Origin: a virus
Length of the DNA stretch: 31,333 nt
IMG/VR virus record: IMGVR_UViG_3300047550_007048
Strand: one strand, 5' to 3'
Shown here: piece after piece, positions 17,599 through 24,236 of the stretch
Numbering within the stretch: position 1 is the stretch's first letter
How the letters are laid out: each line of letters starts with the position of its first letter
Made by a program: the position numbers and the translations under genes
The notes under the pieces: generated by a model
The model's input: the letters and a program-made list of their open reading frames with translations, nothing else
What the model was told of the DNA's origin: nothing
Database searches by the model: none

Positions 17599-17674
17599 TG
17601 GCGGACCCGGAGGGACTCGAACCCCCATCGAAGAGCTTAGAAGGCTCTTGCCTTATCCATTAGACCACGGATCC
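17599..17674 (-). tRNA. tRNA-Arg(TCT), CCA encoded
   Basis: Acceptor GGATCCG/CGGGTCC. Anticodon arm AGAGC-CTTCTAA-GCTCT. T-arm GGGGG-TTCGAGT-CCCTC. Confidence 0.7.
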
Positions 17675-17680
17675 AAATTC

Positions 17681-17757
17681 TGGAGCGGGTAGGGAGAGTC
17701 GAACTCCGCATTGTCAGCTTGGAAGGCTGCTGGACGCCCCTTGTCCTATCTACCCGC
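17681..17757 (-). tRNA. tRNA-Gly(TCC), CCA encoded
   Basis: Acceptor GCGGGTA/TACCCGC. D-stem GGAC/GTCC. Anticodon loop CTTCCAA. T-arm GGAG-TTCGACT-CTCC. Confidence 0.65.
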
Positions 17758-17770
17758 ATAACACTTAACA

Positions 17771-18082
17771 CTATTTATGTCTAAGTATATACTGCATCTT
17801 AAACGCATGGTCAAGAACGTTTTTGTTTATTCCATGTTTAACGTATATGTCCGTCCGAGGAACCCCAGAATCTAAGTCCTGTTGTATGGATTTCCAATCC
17901 CGTTCTGGACGAGAACGTTTACCGGTTTCGTAAGCTTTCTTAAGAGATTCAGAAATCCTTGACCGTGTTTTTTCCGAAGGAGATTCTGGTTTATGTGATC
18001 TAGCAACGGCCATGATTTCTTGCTTTCTTTTGAGCTCTTCGGCAGAAAACTCTGCAGAAATATTTTGAACTCTTCGCATCAT
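17771..18082 (-). CDS. NUMOD / HTH DNA-binding-domain-only paralog of the GIY-YIG endonuclease C-terminus (103 aa; nuclease domain absent, a homing-endonuclease remnant or free-standing DNA-binding protein)
   Basis: PERDWKSIQQDLDSGVPRTDIYVKHGINKNVLDHAFKMQY aligns with PARDWNGIQLDIDAGMKKRDILTKYGIDRHVFDNGLKRGY of the 22831..23694 GIY-YIG protein. Low GC. Lies 14 nt from tRNA-Gly. Confidence 0.6.
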   Translation of the reverse strand: MMRRVQNISAEFSAEELKRKQEIMAVARSHKPESPSEKTRSRISESLKKAYETGKRSRPERDWKSIQQDLDSGVPRTDIYVKHGINKNVLDHAFKMQYILRHK

Positions 18083-18232
18083 TGCCGCTCTAATTTTTTC
18101 TCGATGTTCCGGGGTCTTTGGCGTTCCTTTTAGCCTCTTTCGGCAGTTGCAAGACGCTGATAAAATCCGTCAATTATCATCTATCATACCGTTGATAGTC
18201 GGCGACATTGATCATGTTAAACAACAGGTGGC

Positions 18233-18310
18233 GCTCTCGGCAGGAGTCGAACCCGCATGTGTCCATTAGCTTTCTCCACGTTCGAAGCGTGGCGGCATAC
18301 GAGAGCAATA
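18233..18310 (-). pseudogene. aberrant tRNA-like gene: acceptor GCTCTCG/CGAGAGC and T-arm intact, discriminator G plus CCA, but an anticodon-like hairpin (CCACG-CTTCGAA-CGTGG, TCG) lies where the D-arm should be
   Basis: Shares its acceptor with tRNA-Arg(CCT) at 19285. Arms appear permuted. Confidence 0.3.
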
Positions 18311-18328
18311 GTTTTTAGCTACGGAACG

Positions 18329-18838
18329 TCATGGGAAATATTGGTACCTGTCCCTGGTGTTCTTCTTGTCCTTGACCAGCCGATCGAACTGCCCGGACTT
18401 GCCGTCCGGCATGAACCCGCTTGGATCGAGGATGCGATCCCCGATCTCCACCCAGCTATGGGGTATCCATCGGAACTCGTCCTCCAGGTGGTTGTTGGTG
18501 ATGTAGGCCAGCCTGTCCACCTTCTTCTTGGGATTCAATCCCTGCTTGCGCATCGCCATGATGTCCTGGTTGGTGAAGGCATCGGGGTCGCTCTGCGGAG
18601 CATCAACCCTGAACCAACCCTTCCTTTTCGTTCCCTGCTTGCTGATGTACCCTGCCGGGATCATCTCGGCATTGCGAATGCCCCTGGATTCCAGGTAATC
18701 CAGGTAATCCAGGAAATCCGAGGATGCTTCACCACAGCCGCCCCTCTCGAGGTATCCTGCCATGGCCTGCGGGCTGGCTTGTTTCCAGAAATCGATCAGG
18801 TGTTGATCAAACCCACCGGCTATCTCATGCAATCTCAT
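18329..18838 (-). CDS. hypothetical protein (169 aa) with N-terminus MRLHEIA
   Basis: ATG preceded 1 nt upstream by CGGATAAATATCCGC. Shares its first 7 residues with the unrelated 28970 ORF. Confidence 0.5.
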   Translation of the reverse strand: MRLHEIAGGFDQHLIDFWKQASPQAMAGYLERGGCGEASSDFLDYLDYLESRGIRNAEMIPAGYISKQGTKRKGWFRVDAPQSDPDAFTNQDIMAMRKQGLNPKKKVDRLAYITNNHLEDEFRWIPHSWVEIGDRILDPSGFMPDGKSGQFDRLVKDKKNTRDRYQYFP

Positions 18839-18853
18839 GCGGATATTTATCCG
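18839..18853 (-). promoter_or_regulatory. CGGATAAATATCCGC motif (itself palindromic: CGGATA-AAT-ATCCG) directly before the ATG
   Basis: Motif family member. Confidence 0.5.
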
Positions 18854-19030
18854 ATGGATGGAGCCCTCGGAGGTAATCGAAACCTCCCTCCCGCGTTCGA
18901 AGCGCAGGGTCCGAAAGCCATCGGCGGGGGCGATAATGGCGGAGGGCGGAGTACTCGAAACTCAGCCCCGTGGGGGGCCGCACTCCTTAGCAGGGAGGCC
19001 CGGACCCCGTCCGGTTCACCCTCCGTAAAA

Positions 19031-19106
19031 TGGCTGGGGGTCCTGGATTCGAACCAGGCTCACCTGTTTCAGAGACAGGCCGCCTCACCGAGAAGCGTCA
19101 CCCCCA
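19031..19106 (-). tRNA. tRNA-Gln(CTG), CCA encoded
   Basis: Acceptor TGGGGGT/ACCCCCA. Anticodon arm CCTGT-CTCTGAA-ACAGG. T-arm CCTGG-TTCGAAT-CCAGG. Confidence 0.7.
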
Positions 19107-19115
19107 ATATATGAT

Positions 19116-19191
19116 TGGCTGCCCACCCTCGGTTCGAACGAGGAACTTCCTGTTTCAGAGACAGGCGATCTACCAGTTGATCTAGTGGGCA
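19116..19191 (-). tRNA. tRNA-Gln(CTG) second copy, CCA encoded
   Basis: Acceptor TGCCCAC/GTGGGCA. D-stem GATC/GATC. Same anticodon arm. T-arm CCTCG-TTCGAAC-CGAGG. Confidence 0.7.
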
Positions 19192-19199
19192 ACGTATCT

Positions 19200-19276
19200 T
19201 GGCTGGCCGCGTAGGACTCGAACCCACTACCTCCTGGTTCAAAGCCAGGTATTCTTGCCTGTTAAACTATCGGCCA
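19200..19276 (-). tRNA. tRNA-Gln(TTG), CCA encoded
   Basis: Anticodon arm CCTGG-CTTTGAA-CCAGG. T-arm GTGGG-TTCGAGT-CCTAC. Acceptor 6/7 paired. Confidence 0.65.
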
Positions 19277-19284
19277 ATGAATGG

Positions 19285-19361
19285 TGGCGCTCTCGGAGGG
19301 ATTCGAACCCCCGACCGTCGGTTTAGGAAACCGCCTCTCTATCCAGCTGAGATACGAGAGC
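19285..19361 (-). tRNA. tRNA-Arg(CCT) with doubled 3' CCACCA
   Basis: Acceptor GCTCTCG/CGAGAGC. D-arm GCTCAGCTGGATAGAGA. Anticodon loop TTCCTAA. T-arm GGGGG-TTCGAAT-CCCTC. Followed by ..G-CCA-CCA. Confidence 0.65.
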
Positions 19362-19366
19362 AAACT

Positions 19367-19441
19367 TGGTTGGCCCACCCGGTTCTGCCCCGAGGTCTTC
19401 CGGTTATCAACCGGGCGCTCTCCTAATTGAGCTATGAGCCA
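19367..19441 (-). tRNA. tRNA-Ile(GAT)-like with non-canonical T-loop GGCAGAA
   Basis: Acceptor TGGCTCA/TGGGCCA. D-arm GCTCAATTAGGAGAGC. Anticodon loop TTGATAA. CCA encoded. Confidence 0.5.
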
Positions 19442-19493
19442 TCAACTTGTTTTCTATTTATAAGGTACGGATCGCTGATCAGCAACCCATATG

Positions 19494-19570
19494 TTGGCGG
19501 CCCCGGGAGGATTCTAACCCCCATCCCCGGTGCTTCACGCCGGTGATCCAACAGTTGATCCACTAGGGCC
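19494..19570 (-). tRNA. tRNA-Phe(GAA)-like (loop GTGAAGC, T-loop TTAGAAT), CCA encoded
   Basis: Acceptor 6/7 paired. D-stem GATC/GATC. T-stem GGGGG/CCTCC. Confidence 0.45.
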
Positions 19571-19613
19571 ATGTTTCGTGCGACACCATGCGTCATGGTC
19601 GAAAGGCATTTCT

Positions 19614-19627
19614 GCCATAAATATCCG
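19614..19627 (+). promoter_or_regulatory. GCCATAAATATCCG motif ending 2 nt before ATG 19630
   Basis: Motif family member. Confidence 0.5.
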
Positions 19628-19629
19628 TG

Positions 19630-20193
19630 ATGACCAAAAACATCTATCATCGAAGGTTGCATCTCCCGAAAGGTGTGGATTTCACACCCAATCATCGGAT
19701 GGAGCAAGAACCAGCCGGTCGTTACAAGGTGATATCAGCCGACGACACACTAAACGGGGGGTTTTACTTTTGGTTGTTGTCCATGGGGCTTCGATGCACG
19801 GCGATCCGATTTTTCAGCAATCTGCCACATGCTAGGTATTCCATCCATGTCGATCAGGAAGCCTCCGCAATGAGAAACTGCACCTTCATGAATTTCCAGT
19901 ATGGGGGAGAGGGCAGCGAGCTCATATGGTACAAACCAATCGGCTTACCAACGACCATAACAAACATTTTTGGTGGCAGGATCGACACCTGGGAGCCAAG
20001 CAAGGTGATCGAGGTGCATCGCGCTTCCCTGGGATTCCCGAGCCTGGTAAACGCTGGGGTACCACATACCATGGTAAACGGATCAAAGCATAGGTATTGC
20101 TATAGCCTGGATATCTCGATCATGAAAGGCAATAGGAGGCTGGATTGGGACTCGGCGATGAGGATATTTTCCGGATTCATCATCCCGGAATGA
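19630..20193 (+). CDS. paralog 3 of the HxD...H...RxxxS family (187 aa)
   Basis: IHVDQEAS...GFPSLVNAGVPHTMVNGSKHRYCYSL. The only plus-strand member. ATG preferred over the GTG at 19627. Confidence 0.55.
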   Translation: MTKNIYHRRLHLPKGVDFTPNHRMEQEPAGRYKVISADDTLNGGFYFWLLSMGLRCTAIRFFSNLPHARYSIHVDQEASAMRNCTFMNFQYGGEGSELIWYKPIGLPTTITNIFGGRIDTWEPSKVIEVHRASLGFPSLVNAGVPHTMVNGSKHRYCYSLDISIMKGNRRLDWDSAMRIFSGFIIPE

Positions 20194-20227
20194 AATCCAT
20201 GCACGGATGTGGTCCGTGTCGTTAATC

Positions 20228-20304
20228 TGGTGCCTGCGAGTGGATTCGAACCACCAACATCCGTGCGCTGAACACGGCGACTCTACCAGTTGGCCTACGC
20301 AGGC
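20228..20304 (-). tRNA. tRNA-Leu(CAG)-like, class-I sized (5-nt variable region), Leu-type D-region GGCCAACTGGTAGAGTC, A73, CCA encoded
   Basis: Acceptor GCCTGCG/CGCAGGC. Anticodon arm CCGTG-TTCAGCG-CACGG. T-arm GGTGG-TTCGAAT-CCACT. Confidence 0.5.
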
Positions 20305-20315
20305 AAAATATGGAC

Positions 20316-20388
20316 CCGGAAGGTAGGTCGCCCTACTGTGTGGCCACACCGGACATGCTAGCTGTCCCATCCGGGATAATCCATGGGT
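20316..20388 (-). pseudogene. degenerate tRNA-like sequence (acceptor CCCGGAT/TTCCGGG, D-arm present, T-loop only 4 nt, no anticodon hairpin)
   Basis: Hand folding only. Confidence 0.25.
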
Positions 20389-20421
20389 CTTACGGTGCCA
20401 GGACACCCGCCCCTGTTAAGT

Positions 20422-20498
20422 TGGTGCATCCGGTGGGATTCGAACCCACACTGTGTGATCTCTCAAACCACTGACTCTACCAGTTGGCCTACGGATGC
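20422..20498 (-). tRNA. tRNA-Leu(GAG)-like, class-I sized, same Leu-type D-region, A73, CCA encoded
   Basis: Acceptor GCATCCG/CGGATGC perfect. Anticodon arm GTGGT-TTGAGAG-ATCAC. T-arm GTGGG-TTCGAAT-CCCAC. Confidence 0.55.
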
Positions 20499-20503
20499 AA
20501 AAA

Positions 20504-20578
20504 TGGTGGGTCCTGCAGGTAACGCTCCTGCCACCTCCTGCATGTCAAGCAGGCGTTCTGCTTCTGAACCAAGGACCC
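20504..20578 (-). tRNA. tRNA-Val(GAC) with non-canonical T-loop AGCGTTA, CCA encoded
   Basis: Acceptor GGGTCCT/AGGACCC. D-stem GTTC/GAAC. Anticodon arm CCTGC-TTGACAT-GCAGG. Confidence 0.55.
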
Positions 20579-20586
20579 GTTATGAT

Positions 20587-20662
20587 TGGTAGCCGCCCAG
20601 GGGATTGAACCCTGCAGGAACCTGGGTGTAAACCAGGCGCGTTCTCCAGCTCGCTCGACGGC
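20587..20662 (-). tRNA. tRNA-Val(TAC)-like with poorly paired acceptor stem, CCA encoded
   Basis: Anticodon arm CCTGG-TTTACAC-CCAGG. T-arm CAGGG-TTCAATC-CCCTG. Confidence 0.4.
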
Positions 20663-20673
20663 CGTATCTCGTT

Positions 20674-20750
20674 TGGTACCCACGGTGGGATTCGAACCCA
20701 CAACCTCCGGTTTCTAAAACCGTTACCTCTACCAGTTGGGCTACGCGGGC
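20674..20750 (-). tRNA. tRNA-Leu(TAG)-like, class-I sized, Leu-type D-region GCCCAACTGGTAGAGGT, A73, CCA encoded
   Basis: Acceptor GCCCGCG/CGTGGGT (two G-U pairs). Anticodon loop TTTAGAA. T-arm GTGGG-TTCGAAT-CCCAC. Confidence 0.55.
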
Positions 20751-20753
20751 ATG

Positions 20754-20856
20754 TTGGTAGCAGGAACCGTGCCGCATGGATTCATGGGGTCCATCCGTAT
20801 CTCACGTCCCTGCCCGGGGTTGTTGGGACTCGCGCGTCGGTCCCTCACCCCGTTCT
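20754..20856 (-). other. unassigned about 103-nt CCA-terminated spacer with internal hairpins (GGGACCGACGCGCGAGTCCC; GGATTCATGG...)
   Basis: No cloverleaf found. Sits between two tRNAs. Confidence 0.2.
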
Positions 20857-20930
20857 TGGTTGGCCATGGTGGGATCGAACCACCGTCGGGCGATTATCGG
20901 TCGCCTGCTCTACCATTGAGCTAATGGCCA
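20857..20930 (-). tRNA. tRNA-Ile(GAT)-like with C33 (loop CCGATAA), CCA encoded
   Basis: Acceptor TGGCCAT/ATGGCCA perfect. D-arm GCTCAATGGTAGAGC. Anticodon stem GGCGA/TCGCC. T-arm GGTGG-TTCGATC-CCACC. Confidence 0.5.
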
Positions 20931-21047
20931 GTAAATTTTTCCTCCTTCTGTTCCCAGGCGAGGCAACCCGGATCAAGCAAGGCCATTCACGTGCTCTATG
21001 GCGTTTGCCATGGCATGCTATTTCAATCTCGACCATGCCGACCAAAG

Positions 21048-21121
21048 TGGCGACCTCACGGGGAATCAAACCCCGGCGACCCGCTGGACAGGCGAGCGTT
21101 CTACCATTAAACTATGAGGCC
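21048..21121 (-). tRNA. tRNA-Asp(GTC), CCA encoded
   Basis: Acceptor GGCCTCA/TGAGGTC. Anticodon arm CTCGC-CTGTCCA-GCGGG. T-arm CGGGG-TTTGATT-CCCCG. Discriminator G. Confidence 0.7.
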
Positions 21122-21128
21122 ATCCGTA

Positions 21129-21629
21129 TCAGGGACGGTTGGTCTTCCACCAACGGTTGATGGAATCCGCCCCAATCTCATCACACACCCCGACGAGCCG
21201 TCCGCCCATGCCGAGGATGCCATCGTAGTATCGGGCCAGCAGCATGTTTGGGCATGCCCGCGGGCGATCAGCTTTCAGCCACTCCACACCCTCGCTCAAC
21301 CTGTGCGTGCCATTGGCCTGCAACCACAGCGCCAGCGCGCTTGCCGTCGAGCGGCAGGCACCTGCGAAGCAATGCACCACCACGCGGGCATCCGTGGGCA
21401 GCGTTCGCCCGTGTGCCAGTATGGCTTCAGCATGCTCCATGGTTGGAGCGTAAAGCTTGCTGGGATCCTCCTCATCATCGAAGTAGATGGCGAAATGGTT
21501 GGCTGCCGGTATGCGCGGCGGGCGGAAGATCCTATCGCCCACGTCCAGCATGGTGACGAGGTGCGTGGCATCAAACCGCTTGGCGGTCCGCTTGACCTCG
21601 CTCTTGCCACAAACGGTAAACTCTGGCAC
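21129..21629 (-). CDS. cysteine (CX5R) phosphatase, paralog of the 13976..14527 gene (166 aa, GTG start)
   Basis: VVVHCFAGACRSTASALALW active-site motif. AGGAGA SD upstream of the GTG. Confidence 0.7.
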   Translation of the reverse strand: MPEFTVCGKSEVKRTAKRFDATHLVTMLDVGDRIFRPPRIPAANHFAIYFDDEEDPSKLYAPTMEHAEAILAHGRTLPTDARVVVHCFAGACRSTASALALWLQANGTHRLSEGVEWLKADRPRACPNMLLARYYDGILGMGGRLVGVCDEIGADSINRWWKTNRP

Positions 21630-21648
21630 GATGCGTCTCCTGCAAAAA

Positions 21649-21724
21649 TGGTAGCGCCAACGAGGATCGAACTCGTTTCTCCGGGTTGAAAGCCCAGCAT
21701 TCTAACCATGTAAACTATGGCGCC
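21649..21724 (-). tRNA. tRNA-Glu(TTC), CCA encoded
   Basis: Acceptor GGCGCCA/TGGCGCT. Anticodon arm CTGGG-CTTTCAA-CCCGG. T-arm ACGAG-TTCGATC-CTCGT. Confidence 0.7.
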
Positions 21725-21866
21725 ATGTGTTCCGCATGCGCTGGCCCCCTATCCCGCCGCGCTGCACGATGCCTCCTGCCTTGCTTCTTTCGTCGCGTAA
21801 CATGGCATCTTTCCAGACCATGCAATGCTAACATGCCCGCGGGCATGGAAACATGCACGGTTATTA

Positions 21867-21943
21867 TGGCTCCCGGAGTAGGAATTGAACCTACCTGATG
21901 AACAGATTAACAGTCTGCTGGCACACCTTGCGCCCATCCGGGA
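21867..21943 (-). tRNA. tRNA-Asn(GTT) second copy, CCA encoded; its 5' part overlaps the 3' end of the DUF559 endonuclease ORF
   Basis: Acceptor TCCCGGA/TCCGGGA. Anticodon arm GCAGA-CTGTTAA-TCTGT (identical to the 14628 copy). T-arm GTAGG-TTCAATT-CCTAC. Confidence 0.7.
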
Positions 21944-22527
21944 TTAAAATCAATGAACTCTTTCATCTGTTGGATGGAACCTTTTGCATCACTGCATATT
22001 TCTTTCCATCGCATGCGTAATATAGCGTAGCCTTCTGCGGCTAGCAACCCGTCTTTTGATTTATCTCGTTCTTTTTGATCCAAGAATCGATCATGCTGTT
22101 CGCCATCTATTTCGATGACACGTTTCTTATGCAACCATGCAAAATCTAGACTGAATCGATAGAATGGATGTTCCCTGACGTAATTTTTGTCATCGAACTC
22201 ATTTAATATAACCTGCATAAACCATTTTTCTGGCCAACTAGGTTGGTTATTCCACCGGCTTCTACCAATGTTCCATGCTCGCCCATCTGCATGGGCTTTT
22301 TTCATACTATTCGATCTTTGTTTATTCTGCTCTTTGGTAGTAACACGAGGGTATTTTACTGATGCTAGTTTAGTCGCATCGGATTTTGATCTGGTAATAA
22401 TCTTACCGTCTCTCACAGCTTTTAGGAAAGTAATATTAGACATCTTGAAATGCTTGATAACCTCTCTACTGGAGTGGTTATCATCATAATATTTTTGCAC
22501 TTCTATCCAGTTTCTGGTACGACTCAT
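21907..22527 (-). CDS. DUF559 / Vsr-like (restriction-endonuclease-fold) endonuclease-domain protein, probable mobile endonuclease (about 206 aa from ATG 22527; GTG at 22542 is an alternative)
   Basis: FSLDFAWLHKKRVIEIDGEQHDRFLDQKERDKSKDGLLAAEGYAILRMRWKEI matches the DUF559 core (D...E.DG..H). Low GC. GCTAAATATTGAT motif directly upstream of the ATG. Confidence 0.6.
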   Translation of the reverse strand: MSRTRNWIEVQKYYDDNHSSREVIKHFKMSNITFLKAVRDGKIITRSKSDATKLASVKYPRVTTKEQNKQRSNSMKKAHADGRAWNIGRSRWNNQPSWPEKWFMQVILNEFDDKNYVREHPFYRFSLDFAWLHKKRVIEIDGEQHDRFLDQKERDKSKDGLLAAEGYAILRMRWKEICSDAKGSIQQMKEFIDFNPGWAQGVPADC

Positions 22528-22540
22528 ATCAATATTTAGC
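22528..22540 (-). promoter_or_regulatory. GCTAAATATTGAT motif abutting the ATG of the DUF559 gene
   Basis: Motif family member. Confidence 0.45.
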
Positions 22541-22703
22541 ACAGTCAGATGCGTTTACCAATTCCGCCATCCAGGAATAAAACCCAAAGTCTGTGCCCTT
22601 TTGCCTCATACACCGAAGGAGTCTTGGCTGGCCGGACCGCCCAGTTGTTGTTCTTGTTGCGTGTGTTATAGCATGCACCGCAGTTGGTGTCAATGCCTTT
22701 CTT

Positions 22704-22788
22704 TGGAGCAGGTCGGGGGAATCGAACCCCATTGCCGTTAAGCGCCAGGTTGGAAGCCTGGTGACGGGCCCACCCGTCTACGACCTGC
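22704..22788 (-). tRNA. non-canonical tRNA-Sec-like (8-bp acceptor / 4-bp T-stem, 6-bp D-stem with 4-nt D-loop, 14-nt variable arm) tRNA with Gly anticodon TCC; U73, CCA encoded
   Basis: Acceptor GCAGGTCG/CGACCTGC. D-arm GACGGG-TGGG-CCCGTC. Anticodon arm CCAGG-CTTCCAA-CCTGG. T-arm GGGG-TTCGATT-CCCC. Confidence 0.5.
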
Positions 22789-22795
22789 ATGTAAC

Positions 22796-22881
22796 TGGAG
22801 CGGGATGGGGGAATCGAACCCCGGTGCTGATTAGGCTCCAGACTGGCAATCTGGTGACAAGCCCACTTGTCCACACCCCGC
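22796..22881 (-). tRNA. second tRNA-Sec-like (8/4, 6-bp D-stem with 4-nt loop, 15-nt variable arm) tRNA with Gly anticodon GCC; U73, CCA encoded; 5' half overlapped by the GIY-YIG ORF 3' end
   Basis: Acceptor GCGGGGTG/CATCCCGC. D-arm GACAAG-TGGG-CTTGTC. Anticodon arm CCAGA-TTGCCAG-TCTGG. T-arm GGGG-TTCGATT-CCCC. Confidence 0.5.
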
Positions 22882-23694
22882 GCTATTCTTTGCGATATAG
22901 CCACGTTTTAGACCATTATCAAAAACATGCCGATCTATACCATATTTAGTCAATATGTCTCGTTTTTTCATGCCAGCATCGATATCGAGTTGGATACCGT
23001 TCCAGTCTCTGGCTGGTTTTTTACGTTTGCCAGAATCCCATGCTGATTTATTTGCAGAGGAGATTTTATCCCTGGTTTCATTTGAAACGATTTTTGGTTT
23101 CTTCATCCTAGCAGCATTCATTCGCCGTTGCCGTGAAGCCCGTTCCTCATCAGACAAGACCTTGTTTTTCAACGTTTCAGAAATCTTTGCCTTGTGCTCT
23201 GGCGAAAGCTTTCTGGAGGACAATGACTTCCTCATTTTATCCTTTACACCAGGGCGCGATGCCATTGGAGATTTTAGCAATCGCTGCCTTGATGCTTCTT
23301 TTATTTCCGGCGTGGCTTTTCCACGGACAGAATTGCTGATTCTTTCTTTTGTCTCGGTTGAATGTTTATAACCGGGTCTCTTGTTTTTACCAGTAGAATT
23401 GATGTAATCAAATCCACCTTTTCCACCAATCTTGATGTTATATGTGTTAGATCTTTGGACAAATGCCTCGTTGACAATCTCTGCTTCTTTCCGAAACATG
23501 TCATCAGACGTTTCAAAGTATTCTAGGATTGTTTTCGTGAATTTTTCAATTCCGTGTTTTTGGATAGCAGCATTTAGGACCTTACCGGATCCCATGTAAC
23601 CATCATTGATGTCATCGGTGATATGCACACCGATGTAAATCTTGCCATTTATGTGATTGGTGATCTGATATAGGTAGCGATAAATCTGCTTCAT
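22831..23694 (-). CDS. GIY-YIG homing endonuclease with NUMOD repeats and a C-terminal DNA-binding domain (287 aa)
   Basis: IYRYLYQITNHINGKIYIGV...GSGK is the GIY-YIG core. The C-terminus is homologous to the 17771..18082 ORF. Low GC. GTATAAATAGTCC motif abuts the ATG. Confidence 0.8.
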   Translation of the reverse strand: MKQIYRYLYQITNHINGKIYIGVHITDDINDGYMGSGKVLNAAIQKHGIEKFTKTILEYFETSDDMFRKEAEIVNEAFVQRSNTYNIKIGGKGGFDYINSTGKNKRPGYKHSTETKERISNSVRGKATPEIKEASRQRLLKSPMASRPGVKDKMRKSLSSRKLSPEHKAKISETLKNKVLSDEERASRQRRMNAARMKKPKIVSNETRDKISSANKSAWDSGKRKKPARDWNGIQLDIDAGMKKRDILTKYGIDRHVFDNGLKRGYIAKNSAGCGQVGLSPDCQSGA

Positions 23695-23708
23695 GGACTA
23701 TTTATACC
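23695..23708 (-). promoter_or_regulatory. GTATAAATAGTCC motif immediately 5' of the GIY-YIG ATG
   Basis: Motif family member. Confidence 0.5.
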
Positions 23709-23856
23709 AATAGGCTACCTCTACATCATACCCGCGTTATAGTCCTATTTATATTGAATACCCGTGCTCTATTGGTACTCGGCTGTAGGTGACTAACCCA
23801 CAATATCCTGGACGGTCGGGTCCAGGCCACCGAATGCTACCGTGTCACGGGGTCTT

Positions 23857-23941
23857 TGGTGGGGAAGGTAGGATTCGAACCTACTAGGCCGAAGCGGCAG
23901 ATTTACAGTCTGCTCCAACCCTCCAACGTTGGCGCTTCCCC
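23857..23941 (-). tRNA. tRNA-Tyr(GTA), class II, A73, CCA encoded
   Basis: Acceptor GGGGAAG/CTTCCCC. Anticodon arm GCAGA-CTGTAAA-TCTGC. T-arm GTAGG-TTCGAAT-CCTAC. Confidence 0.7.
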
Positions 23942-23954
23942 AAGCTCTTGAAAG

Positions 23955-24038
23955 TGGAGGTCCGGGTGGGACTCGAACCCACGGTGTTTGCATAGCTGAT
24001 TAAGAGTCAGCCCCCTTCGCCACTCGGGACACCGGACC
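23955..24038 (-). tRNA. class-II (Ser-like D-arm CCCGAGTGGCGAAGGG, 12-nt variable arm) tRNA carrying Lys anticodon CTT; U73, CCA encoded
   Basis: Acceptor GGTCCGG/CCGGACC perfect. Anticodon arm GCTGA-CTCTTAA-TCAGC perfect. T-arm GTGGG-TTCGAGT-CCCAC. Confidence 0.5.
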
Positions 24039-24155
24039 ATTTATGGCCTTAGAGACACGACGCCGGTGCTGCCCTAACCCTCTTGCGCTCAAGTCCCCAT
24101 CCTACGGCTGCATCTCGGAATGGGGCGGGCTATCTGCTCTCGTCGTGCTCTAACT

Positions 24156-24230
24156 TGGTGGACCGGGTGAGGATCGAACTCACCGATGCCGGATTAAGAG
24201 CCCAGCTGACCCACCAGGGTGCTCCGGTCC
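24156..24230 (-). tRNA. tRNA-Lys(CTT), class I, CCA encoded
   Basis: Acceptor GGACCGG/CCGGTCC. Anticodon arm CTGGG-CTCTTAA-TCCGG (two G-U pairs). T-arm GTGAG-TTCGATC-CTCAC. Confidence 0.6.
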
Positions 24231-24236
24231 AATTGG

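Noticed and set aside
18257-19114. 285-aa plus-strand ORF
   Set aside because: Antisense to the motif-led 18329..18838 gene and it overlaps tRNA-Gln. The minus-strand ORF has the conserved upstream motif and sensible composition.
20931-21047. Possible tRNA between Ile-like and Asp tRNAs
   Set aside because: Only a GGCATG...CATGCC hairpin. No T-loop motif, acceptor or CCA.
23679-23696. Plus-strand CGATAAATCTGC motif followed by a plus-strand ATG inside the GIY-YIG gene start
   Set aside because: The plus-strand ATG opens only a 6-codon ORF. Probably a coincidence of the AT-rich endonuclease start region mirroring the minus-strand motif.
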